Assembly (NCBI RefSeq): GCF_030028105.1
Contig: NC_092376.1
Span: forward strand, 132,244,230 to 132,308,229
Direction of reading: 5' to 3'
DNA from: Mobula birostris
Taxonomy: Eukaryota
DNA length: 64,000 nt
The first letter of the stretch is position 1, and every line of letters starts with the position of its first letter. Under the pieces are notes generated by a model. It searched no databases. It was not told the origin of the DNA and was given only the letters and a program-made list of their open reading frames with translations. Positions 39,095-50,439 of the stretch are shown one piece after another. The position numbers and the translations under genes were made by a program.

Positions 39095-39745
39095 TAAGAC
39101 ATTAAGACATACGAGCAGAATTAGGCCATTCAGCCCATCAAAGTCTGCTCCACCATTCCATCACAGCTAGTTTATTATCCTTCTCAACCCTATTCTCCTG
39201 CCTGCTCCCCATAACTTTTGCACCCGACTAATCTACCTCCTCTTTAGATATACCGAATAACTTGACCTCCACAGCAGACTGCAGCAATGAATTCCACAGA
39301 TTCACTACCCTCTGGCTAAAGAAATTCCTCCACCATTTTGTTCTAAACAGACTTCCTTATTATGAGGCTGTGCCCTTTGGTCCTAGACTCCCCCACCATA
39401 GGAAACATCCTCTCTATATACACTCTATCTTGGCCTTTCAATATTTGATTCATTTCAATGAGAGCCCCTGTCATTGTTCTAAACTCCAGTGAGTAAAGCC
39501 CAGAGCCATCAAATGCTCCTCCTATATTAACCCTTTCATCCCTGGTATCATTCTCGTGAACCTCCTCTGGACTCATCTTATTGAAAGGTGGAGCTGGCAT
39601 GAGACCAAAAGACCATATGACATAGAAGCAATATTTGATCATTCATCCCATCACGTCTGCTCTGCCATTTCATTATGGCTGATTTATTATCCTTCTGAAA
39701 CCTATTTTCCTGCCGTCTCCCCGTAACCTTTGGCAGCCTTGCTAA
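39095..39745 (-). mobile_element. Two tandem CR1 3' ends
   Basis: LYSLEFR...GALIE...MFPMVGESRTKGHSL. Tails start at ~39095 and ~39608. Confidence 0.85.
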
Positions 39746-40491
39746 TAGAGGACTGAATAATCTTCTTTTATTGTTTTTATTGCAAATGATCTATGTTCCT
39801 ATCATATCATGTTACCAAAGGATCAACATAAGCCACTAATCTATTCATCTCCTTCGCTATAAATGGACAATAAAAGCTCTATCTGTTGACATTCTGCAGA
39901 AAGGTCTGGAGATGCGGACAACAATATATCTATGAACAATATTTATGTAAACAGAAACCTAAATGTCAAGTATATATTGACAGAGCTGCAGTTACTCAGC
40001 AAAAACAATGAGCAAGCAATTAATGTCTGCTTCTTCCCAAAAACAGGTGATCATTTATGTGCCATAGGAATACAGACTAAAAAAGAAATGGACAGATTAA
40101 TTAATAATTGGACAGAAGGTGTCACAATCACCTGATTTATGACAAGCATATACAAGGGGTCACTGCGGTAGGAACTAGTCTTTGTACTAATTTTGTACCT
40201 ATAGGTGCCTCAATTTGAAGAAATCTGTGAGAAAATGCCTACAAAAGATACAGGACACCAAATATCTTGTTGAACTTTGCGGCTCTGAATATGCTATCTG
40301 ACCATCTTTACATGTGTACTATTAAGGCAAGAACATAAAAATTAGCAGGAATAGGCAATCCAGACCTTATAGCCTGTGCATCATTCATCAATCATCAAGA
40401 ACTTGAATAATCTGCCACCTCACCTCAACTCTGTCTTTCTGCATTATCCCTATGTTCTTTGACTCCCCTACAATCAAAAGATCTGTCAACC

Positions 40492-41080
40492 TGTTTAGAA
40501 TGAATTTAAACATTGAATCTCATAGCTTTAACTGGTTTATTCACAATGCAGTGAGAGCGAGAGAACAGTGCACATGCATAGACAACGGCGCATGCGTAGA
40601 CAGCAGATCAATATGTAGTGTTAAGGGGAGGGGGTCCATACAGTACAATCATATTCCCTCTTCTTTGGCTCTTGTGAAGAGCTACTAAGTTCAACACTAA
40701 AAGCAATGTCAAAACAAACTTTTCAAGTCAGTTTTATCAATGAGATTTTATTTCAACTGTACATCCCCTAGAAGCCTCTTTTCAACGTGGCTTTGACTTC
40801 ACTAGTGCTTCTGTTCAATGTTAGCCTGGTTGTTGCCACATGCCACATGCCGGTGATAATAAACCTGATTCTGATTCTGATGTTAACAGGAAAGTCCCCA
40901 AAATGTAGTAGCAGAGATAGCATATGGTTTTGGAGAATGACGTTGAGCAGGCCAAGCCAGATATTTGGCTGCAGTCTGCACCATCTCATTATGGTTAACA
41001 CTAGTCCAGGTTGGGTCATTGACTGAAAGGCAACAGCAAAATTACTAGCAGAGGGCCAGACGTCTCAAAACCGAACTCAG
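40492..41080 (-). mobile_element. Possible short 3' LTR plus PPT and internal fragment of an LTR retrotransposon
   Basis: Minus-strand purine tract AAAGAAGAGGGAA is followed by TG at 40651, with AATAAA inside and CA at ~40492. No TSD. Confidence 0.4.
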
Positions 41081-41202
41081 GTTTTTTTTGATTCCTCTCA
41101 AGTGGCAGAGTCAGCAATGAAAGACATAACTCCACAAATAGTTTGATTAAGTAATTTTATTTAAATCTTAACTAAAAGGCAAATAAATTATTAAAGGAAT
41201 TA

Positions 41203-41353
41203 CAAACAACAGGAATTCTGCAGATGCTGGAAATTCAAGCAACACACATCAAAGCTGCTGGTGAACGCAGCAGGGTCTCGGCCTGAAACGTCAACTGCAC
41301 CTCTTCCTACAGATGCTGCTTGGCCTGCTGCGTTCACCAGCAACTTTGATGTG
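41203..41353. mobile_element. Young Penelope-derived foldback unit with perfect 14-bp TSD
   Basis: TATTAAAGGAATTA at 41189-41202 and 41354-41367. Near-perfect inverted arms of ~30 bp. Confidence 0.9.
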
Positions 41354-42896
41354 TATTAAAGGAATTAATTTGTTTAACTCATAATTATATCTCTTTCAAC
41401 TTCTAAGTACAATGACAAACCTAGTGTAATTCAACAAAAAGAACAAAACTTAGATTTTGTCTATTTGATCCTTCATTAATAAATCAAGTTCAAGGCTGTA
41501 TGCAATTCATAGTAATACTCATCAGCAATTAACTGTGAGCAGCATTACTTGTATATTCTTAACCACTCAATCCTTTAACTGCTGGGGAATCCCAACACTG
41601 ACAAGACATAAAGGGGCATCAAGATCCAGCCCACGGAGAAGCTCCAAGTATCCCTTAAGGAAACCTTACTATTGGACTGTTCAGAGTCTCCCTTAGCTCC
41701 CCTATAAATGAATAACAAAATCCCTGGTGTGCAATTTACTGAAAGCTACCACATGATTTCCATAAATCACCTCAGACAGGCCTATCTGCATAACTAGAGC
41801 CTAAAACAAAACTTGAATCTGTCATCTTGTCAACATATTCAACCTGCTGCAACAGGAAAATCACGAATTCTGCTTCATTTTATCACAGCAGGAGAGGAGG
41901 ATAAATGTGTCTTCCGAAGAGCGGACAACATTCTGATGGTCTTTGAATTCACTGTTTCTATGCAGAGCATCACTTCAGTTATCCTGATGATTGTTAGATG
42001 GTGGACTGATGGAATACAATAATACTCTATATGTCCCTTTCATGTCATGATGGCAGCAGCATTGAGATCTTACTGCACTGTGCATCTGAGTGACTCTTTC
42101 ATGTTTTGCAAGGAAGCTACAACACAACATGAACAAATACTGAACCCCACACCAAGCTCTTTGAAACTTTGACATTGGACCTTTTCTGTATCTTTAGAGT
42201 GCACACCGACCTTCTGGCAATTTTACCAATTATTGAATATCTGGAATGAAATATGCTAAAGGTCAATGGTACAGGAAGTCAGATAATTGAGTGGATTCTC
42301 ACATCAAAGAGCACTTTTAAATCAGAAGAGGGTGTTGCTGCAGAATTAAGAGTTGTGAAAAATATGGGTATAATGAAATTGTCATGTTTGATATTTTCAG
42401 GCACACCAGTGGTCACGGCCTTCACAAAATCCCACAACCCACCAGCTCTCTCTTTTCAACAAGCAGTAGGATGTGAATTTTGATTAGTTCTTGTAGCCTC
42501 CAACTGTGATCCACCCTACAAGATAGTCAGTTATCCATACATTTTTCTTCTATCAGATATGAAAGTACGTGAGTGATATGTCTGCCATTGTTAAACAGCC
42601 TACAGCTGCTGTAGGCTGAGAAACATAGAGAAATTTGCAGCAAAGATAACTATGTGCAGTGGTATATAGGGGCACTAGTTCTGAATCCTAAATGATGGAG
42701 ATCACTGGTTATTGGGAGAAAGTGAATTGAGCTGGTGGTGCAACTGGTAAGATAGGGGAACTGGAGAAATATTCATTAGCCTTGACCACTTGCTATTCTT
42801 CTAATTACAACCATTTTATTTTTTTAATATTATTATACAGATAAACAGGTTACATTCATAAATTTGATATTAGATGTTTTTCTTTATGTACATTTT

Positions 42897-43684
42897 TGTC
42901 AGTACCTCCAGTTCAACTCTGTCTTTATGTGAGTTTCCCTCTAGCTGTCAGTCTGTGGTTTTGTATTGCCATGTGCTTCTATCCCCGATCCTGCTCTACT
43001 CCAGCCCCTGTATTACTGAGTACTCCGTCTCTCATCAGTTTCTCATTATTACCTGTATTGCTGCCACCTGTGTCTCATTGCGCTCCACCTATCATCTGCC
43101 TCTCTGTTTATTGCTCAGTGTATTTCAGTCCTGTGTTTTCACCTGTTTGTTGTTAGATTGTGCCAGTGAATTTTCCTGAGTCTCTTCAGTATTTGTATCT
43201 GTACTCTGTCTGTTTGCATACTGACTGCCTGTTTCCTGATTCTGGTTTTTGGATTTCTCTGAATGTTTTGATATCTGCCTGAACTTTGATGCTGACTTTG
43301 TTTGCACCTCAGGATTTGTAACTCAATTAATATTACTGTGGGCAGGTGGCCAAATGGTTAAGGCATTCGACTAGTGACCTGAAGGTCGTGAGTTTGAGCC
43401 CCAGCCCAGGTGGCGTGTTGTGTCCTTGAGCAAGGCACTAACCCACACAGTGCTCTGCGACGACACCAGTGCCAAGCTGTATCGGCCCTTCCCCTTCCCT
43501 TGGATAACATTGGTGTTGTGGAGAGGGGAGGCTTGCAGCATAGGCAACTGCCCTGCACCCTGCAGAGTGAAGAATTTCCAGGCGCAGATTCGTGGTCTCG
43601 CGAGACTAACGGATGCCTTTTTATAATATCACCATGTGCACAGTACTGGGTCTGCGATTGGATGCCTGCTCCAGCGTCCTGACA
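42897..43684 (+). mobile_element. Solo LTR (Gypsy-type) with nested SINE
   Basis: TGTCAG...CTGACA termini and a 5-bp TSD ATTTT (42892-42896 / 43685-43689). Confidence 0.85.
43341..43623 (+). mobile_element. tRNA-headed SINE with RTE-related body
   Basis: A box TGGCCAAATGG, B box GTTTGAGCC. Degenerate TSD TAATATTACTGTG / TAATATCACCATG. Homologous to 52521-52838. Confidence 0.88.
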
Positions 43685-43724
43685 ATTTTGGGAAATAAAA
43701 CAGCTCAATGATTTATGACTTTCC

Positions 43725-43855
43725 AAGATGAAAAGTAATGGCCCAAAACATTGACTGTTTGTTCCTCTCCAGGGATGCTGTTAGGGTACTGAGTTCCTCC
43801 AGAATTTTGTGTGTTTTAATCTGGATTTCCAACATCTGTAGAATCTCTTGTTGTT
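43725..43855 (+). mobile_element. Penelope terminal repeat, degenerate
   Basis: GATGAAAAGTAATGGCCCAAAACATTGACTG...TGAGTTCCTCCAG...GAATCTCTTGT. Confidence 0.75.
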
Positions 43856-45658
43856 TATGATTTGCTATCAAAGATTTGTCCAGGCATTTACCTTACCAAG
43901 TCATTTTATAAACTACTTTTAAAAAATTGATACATTGTGATTTACAAATAAAAAGCTTCCAAGTTCAGATTACAAATGGATACTTCTAATAAATATTTAT
44001 TGTACTGGGTTAAATCATGTTTAGGACTTTGGAAGTGTGTGTATCAGTTTACTTAGCAAGAGTAAAGAACACTGCCATATCTGAAAACATGTCTGAAATG
44101 GAACCTAAAGTTTGGAATGAGAATCCTCTGAAAGATCAACTGTGTAAATCATCATATGAAACAAAAATATTCTGTATTTCAGGGTACTCAAAACAAATGA
44201 AGGAGTAGGAGAGCAAACTGATCTGGACCTTGCAATAGTAATGATGCTGAAACTATTGGCATTCACTGTCATTACTGCATTAAATAGTCAACACTTACTG
44301 TCATTATTCTGAGAGCAACTTAGGGATTTCAACATGTGTAAGACAGAAATCCCAAAGCTGCTGTCAGTAATTCACCAGAACTTGCTGTATGCTGTTTTTA
44401 GCCTTCTCCACAGGATTCAAGGGGCAATTACTTGAACTGACATGCATTTTGTGCAATTACAAGCTAATCTGCTGTAAAGAATACTGAAAATCTTGCTGTG
44501 TGTTGTATAAGGTCAAAGTTCCTGCTTAGCAAATCACTAAGCCCCAAAAACAATTTTTTTTGTATATGCATTGTAATTCCTTCGGAAGAGCAATTCAAAT
44601 TAAAGGACCTTGGAAATCAGAAAAGTGGATACTTAAGAAATTTGGATGTGTTGGGTGGATATGATGTGGACTGGGATATGGACAGTAGTAGATTTCATTT
44701 CCATTTATACAGAAGAATATCTTCAAAGTGCTTGAGACAGATGCTGTTAATCCATCTCAAGTAATTGAGTCTGCTATGCAGGCTCACACACCTTCCTAAT
44801 TATGATTCCTAACCAAACTTAGCTCAACACAGTTTCTCAATAACTCTCCTGGTTGCTGAGAAAAAGCCCCTGACTCCTGGCATATGGCAACCACCCTGTC
44901 ACAGTCACCAGTGTTCCCCAACTAATTAGTTACTCAGCAATGCCTTTCCCTTTGAACTCTTAATCTAGTCTCCATCACAATTATCAGCCCATGCTCCCAT
45001 TTCTAGTTTAGGATTATTAACTCCCACACCTGTATGATGTCCCTTCCACTCTTCAATTTCCAAACAATAACCCAGTGCTGAGTTATGATCACCAGTGCCT
45101 TGACAGTTTCTCATGCCACACTGAACCGCAAGCACTAAGTTTACTTCCTGATTTCCAGATATTAAAAGCTGACAATTGCACCAACAAAGCTCTCCCCTCA
45201 CTGCAAAGCCTGGAATTGGATCCTAAAGATTACAGTCCAGCATCCCTCACTCACAGCTCTGGACTACCCTGATTTCCTTTGTGTGTATAACACACAGAGG
45301 AATGATATTTCTGGATCTCAGGGCTATTTAGAAATACATGATTCCTTGGAGCTCATGTCACTTTGAAAGTAAGAGCCCACCCACCAATCATGTCTTTACT
45401 AGCGCTATTCAATTTCTCAACAAACAGAAAAATTTTTTTAAAATGTGATCTATGGGCAATTTTGCCTTTTTATACATCGAGTCCTCAGACAAAATATTCA
45501 TGGTACTGCCAAGTTTTTTTTCTATAAAATGGCAGTGCTTTTAAAAAAAATGCTTTCTTGTTTAAAGTTGCTAAGATTAGGACCTTTTCCAAAAGATTTT
45601 CCATAGCGATATGAAATGCTAGAATTATATACACCAATGTGTGATGGTTAATCCCCAA

Positions 45659-46070
45659 TGAATCAGAATCAGAATCAGGTTTATTATCACCTGCATGTGA
45701 CTTGAAATTTGTTAACTTAGCAGCAGCGGTTCAATGCAATGCATAATCTAGCAGAGAGAGAAAAAGTAATAGTAATAAATAAAATAAAATGTAATAATGA
45801 ATAAATAAGTAAATCAGTTACATATGTTGAATAGATTATTTAAAAATGTGCAAAAACAGAAAAACTGTATATTAAAAAAATTGAGGTAGTGTCCAAAGTT
45901 TCAATGTCCATTTAGGAATCGGATAGCAGAGGAGAAAAAGCTGTCCCTGAATCGCTGAGTATGTGCCTTCAGGCTTCTGTACCTCCAACCTGATGGTAAC
46001 AGTGAGAAAAGAGCATTCTCTGAGTGCTGGAGGTCCTTAATAATGGACGTTGCCTTTCTGAGACACCGAT
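45659..46070 (-). mobile_element. Rex1/Babar-type LINE 3' end with (CTGATT)n tail
   Basis: RCLRKATSIIKDLQH...LFSLLPSGWRYRSL...FFSSAIRFLNG and (GAATCA)3. Confidence 0.88.
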
Positions 46071-46689
46071 AATTTTTAACATCTGCATTGTTTACATTCC
46101 AATAGTGAGATATGCAGACATTGTAAATATATTGATTAAATTGGAGGAGCATCATTATGCCTTAATATCATACGATTTTATCACTACTAATATCCTAATA
46201 TTATCCTGTCTGGGAAAAAAGACTTGCTTTTTCATTTGCTATTATATGTTTGTTAGTGATGCAAATGCCTTCATTAGACTGCTTTAATGATTATTATTGT
46301 ATATAGAAAAACCCAAATCGTAACTAAACACTGAAACCTAATTAGCACTGTTTTGCATTTGTAACATGCTTGCCCTACACTTGCTTCTAAGCACTCAGGA
46401 AAAGAAAAGCCAGGCGTAACTGTGCAGGCGTAACCATGCAATCATTTTCAGTTTATTAACTATAATTAATATTAAAAGCCATTGAAGCCTAAAGAGAGGC
46501 GATATGATGAGTACCAAGACAAATGAGGCTGATATAAATGCAAATGACTGGAGTGAGTAGAACCGTTTAAAGCTTTCCAGAAGTATTGTTAAATACAAGA
46601 GCTTTTTGTCACCATATCACAAACTATAAAGCATATGATGCTGATACAGATAAGAAAAGGAATGAAGTATCTTATGTAGTAGAGCTACT

Positions 46690-47110
46690 AGGATTTGATG
46701 TTTCAATCCCTATGGTAAGTTGGCACTCTCGATGTTGGCAGTGGGCTTGGAGTGGTGACAAGGAGGAAGGGTAGGTACGTCATCGGGGTCATCAGGTGGG
46801 CACCCTCCTTTGGCGTTTCGTTGATAAGCCCACGACGTCTCCAGAGGGCTCAATGGTGCTACCTGGCGTCCCAGATACAACCCCCTCAGTTCCATACCCT
46901 CCTGTCTTCATCTTGCAGCCCAGTTGTTGTCTTTCCTTTTAATCCAAATCCAATTGCTGCTTTCTTCTGCTGCATTTGACAAGGACTTGACTGCTTGTTG
47001 GAGGAAGTGACCCCTCACCCCCATCTTCTTCAATAGACTGGTCGTAGATGTAGCAACGAATCCCCTGCATCCCACTTCTACAGGGAAAATCTTGGTCTTC
47101 CAGCCATTCG
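46690..47110 (-). mobile_element. 3' end of an RLE-type non-LTR retrotransposon (HERO-like)
   Basis: C-terminus GWKTKIFPVEVGCRGFVATS...AAEESSNWIWIKRKDNNW-stop, followed by a GC-rich 3' UTR. Confidence 0.8.
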
Positions 47111-47619
47111 GAATATATTGTGGTGTCATTATGGAGAAGGAAGTAGCCCTGATGAACATCTACATTTAAATTACGACAACTTGGTATAGTTAATGAGACT
47201 GATAAATGTGCATCAAAGTGTGTCTCTTCTTATTAGTAATGAAGCCTCTCAGATATCAATCTCCCCTTTAAATGCACTGTTAACCTAGGACATTGAGCTT
47301 TGTAAAACTTAGTTATTGTCAAAGTGAGTACTTGTTTCAATAGTTCGGCACAGAAAGGTCGTTATGAATTCTTCATAATCCACAAGTATCTGAGGCGGTC
47401 CAAGGCAAATATTGGGATCATTTGTTATTTCATTTCCTTTGCTCTAAAATGAATAAGGGAATGCTAGCTCCGATACTGTTGATGATGCAATCATGATTTC
47501 TAAATTAAAGCACATTTCGTTCAATAGGATAAGCTACAATGCAAATATAATACTTCACTATTTCCTATCATAGCAGAATTTCACCAATGCCTTTGTTCAT
47601 TTGAATCCATAACTAACTG

Positions 47620-47760
47620 TGCTCTGTCTTGACAAAAGGCCTCGGCTCAAAACATTGACTGTTCACTCTTTTCCATAGATGCTGCCTGGCCTGCTGAGTT
47701 CCTTCAGCATTTTGTGTGTGTTGCCTGGATTTCCAGCATCTACAGATTTTCTCTTGTCTG
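47620..47760 (+). mobile_element. Penelope terminal repeat
   Basis: GGCCTCGGCTCAAAACATTGACTG...CCATAGATGCTGCCTGGCCTGCTGAGTT...TTTCTCTTGT. Confidence 0.85.
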
Positions 47761-48794
47761 TACTTTTTTTGATGTAATTTCACAAGGCCAAAAGGAAATG
47801 GTGGGAGATGTAACAAGCACAGCTATACACCTAACAACAATGAAGCAGCAGAGTGATTTATGCAGTATTATACTCTAATTGAAGCACAGGAAGAAGATAT
47901 ATATGAAAGGATGAAGACTACCTAAATCCTTCAACAAGTAATTTTGTTTTAGAAACCAAAAGAACATATAAATTTATGAAAGGCACAGGGTTTGAAGGAA
48001 GATCATAACGTAATGAAAGACAGTGAATCAGATTTTATCAAAAGTCAAGCTTGTAGTTGACATGTTGAAATGATGTTTGTTTAAATATATTAAAAATGAA
48101 TTATATCAATTCCCAACACAACACCAAAAGGATACTTGTAATGAAGAGAAGTGAGAAGGAATAATTGCAGATAAATTGGTAGAGGCAGAACCACGTCTCC
48201 TCAAGCCAGTTAAACCATTCATTAAAATCAAGACAACATTTATCACCCAATCCCAGAATCCTTTATCTCCAGTTGTCCAAAAATGTACCCCTGAGAAGAC
48301 AATATTGTTTAAAAATTCTGGAACCTTCTGTTGCTCATTAAATTGCGATATCTACACATCCAAGACCAATGTCCTATAAAGTTCTTTTCTATAAAGGAAA
48401 CAGTCTATTAATTAGAATACATGCCATCAATTCAGAAGGTTACAACATCAGCCTTCTGTGCCCCAACTCAAGGAAAACATTATCTTATGAGCTTATGAAC
48501 AATACCTTTATCCATATATACACACAGGCCGCCAAAACACTTGATAGGTTGGCTGTCAGCCTGTGAGTTTCAGTACAGCTCATACTCACCTGCAAGCATT
48601 TTGTTATTTCATCATTAAATGGAACCAAATATACAGAAGCAATTACAACTGAGGCCGATGCTTTCTAAGGCATTTGATACCAATGGCCAAAGACAATTTT
48701 TCCCCAACACTTACATTCTAGATAAAAATGATAGATATATGTTAATAATATATTATAATTATATGATAAAACTATGTGCAGAACAGACTTACTG

Positions 48795-50370
48795 AACGTA
48801 AAACATTGAAGCAGAATTGGGCCATTCGGCTCATCGAGTCTGCTCTGCCATTCCATCATGGCTGATTTACTACCTCTCTCAATCCCATTCTCCTGCCTTC
48901 TCCCTGAAACCTTTGAAGCCCTGACTAACCACAAACCTATCAACCTCCACTATAAATATACTCAATGACTTGGCCTCCACAGCAATCTATGGCAATGAAT
49001 TCTAAAGATTCACTACTCGCTGCCAAAATAAATTTCTCCTCATCTCTGTTCTAAATATACTTCCCTCTGTTGTGCTGTGCCCAATGGTCACAGACTTCTG
49101 TACTATAGGAAACATCCTCTCCACACCCACTCTATCAAGGCCTTTCAAGTTTGATAGGTTTCAGTGCTATCATCCCTCATTCTTCTAGATTCCTGTGAGT
49201 AGAGGCCCAAAACCATCAAATGCTCCTCATATGTTAATCCTTTCATACACAGAATCATTCATGTGACCCTCCTCTAGACCCTATCTAATACCAGCATATC
49301 TTTTCTTAGATAAGGGGCACAAAGCTGCTCACAATACTCCAAGTGTGGTCTGAACAATGCCTTATAAAGGCTCAGAATTACACCCTTGTTCTTATATTCT
49401 AGTCCTCTTGAAATGAATGCTAACATTGTATTTGCCTTCCTTACCACCAACTCAACCTGCAAGATAGCCTTAAGGGAATCTTGCACAAGGACATCCAAGT
49501 CCCTTTGTAACTAGCAGTATTGAATTTTCTCCCCATTTAGAAAATAGTCCAGTCCTTTATTCCTTCTAATAAAGTGCGTGATCATACATTTCCCTACACT
49601 ATATTCCATCTGCCACTTCTTTGCCCATATTCCCAATCTGTCTAAGTTCTTCTGTAAACTCCCAGATTCCACCAATCAGAGACATTCATGACACTGGCAC
49701 ATGGGAGGAAAATTACCATCCAGGTGTCTCTTTCATGTCCACAGAATCTTCTGCCTGCTCTTCTAACTATGGAATCCCATATCTCAACTGCACTCCTCTC
49801 TTCTCCATGTGTTCTGAGCTACTGAGCCAGACTTAGTGGCAAAGACCCAGTCATTGCGTCTTCCAACTGGTAGGTCGTCCAACCCCTGCAACAATATCCA
49901 AAGCAGTATACTTATTATTGAGGTCAACAACCATAGGAGTACCCTACACTGACTGCCTATTCCCTTTCCCTCTCCTGACAGTCACCCAGTTACCTGCTAC
50001 CAGCAACTTGGTGGTGACCACCTCCCGGTACCTCCTATTATCCCCTAATTCTCCTGTACGAGTCGAAGGTCGTCGAGCTGCAACTCAATGCACTTCATGC
50101 AGATGTAGTTATCAGGGAGACTGAAGGTCTCCCAGAGTTCCCACATCTCACATGAAGAACGTACCTCTACCTTCAGACCCATTCTCAGTACACTATCTAT
50201 GTACTAATAGACAAGGAAAGAAAAAAAATTACTAGAAACTTACTTAGAACCTCTGCCTGTGCTTGCTTAAGCCTGCTTTTGCTGAAGCCTATTGGCCATT
50301 CTAATATTGGCCTGTGCCAACAAATGCCACTCCACCTACACCTCACTTCTTTTTATTGTCTCAAATAAAA
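48795..50370 (-). mobile_element. Internally deleted CR1 (5' UTR/ORF1 remnant joined at ~49660 to the ORF2 3' end and tail)
   Basis: ORF 49274..49498 encodes KANTMLAFISRG...LYKALFRPHLEYC. 49660-50150 resembles CR1 ORF1 (Cys motif and CFLPCASV, esterase-like). Confidence 0.75.
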
Positions 50371-50439
50371 CTTACTCCTAATGAGCCTCGTTCTTTTCAA
50401 ATGACTCCCACTCTACAATGACATCTCTCTCTCTCTCAC

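Noticed and set aside
43341-43415. Functional tRNA genes (also 52521 and 26740-26809)
   Set aside because: The cloverleafs are imperfect and fused to SINE bodies with tails and TSDs.
48590-48664. 75-nt minus-strand open segment ending in CAG|GTGAGT
   Set aside because: The acceptor is weak, the peptide is unrecognised, and there are no partner exons.
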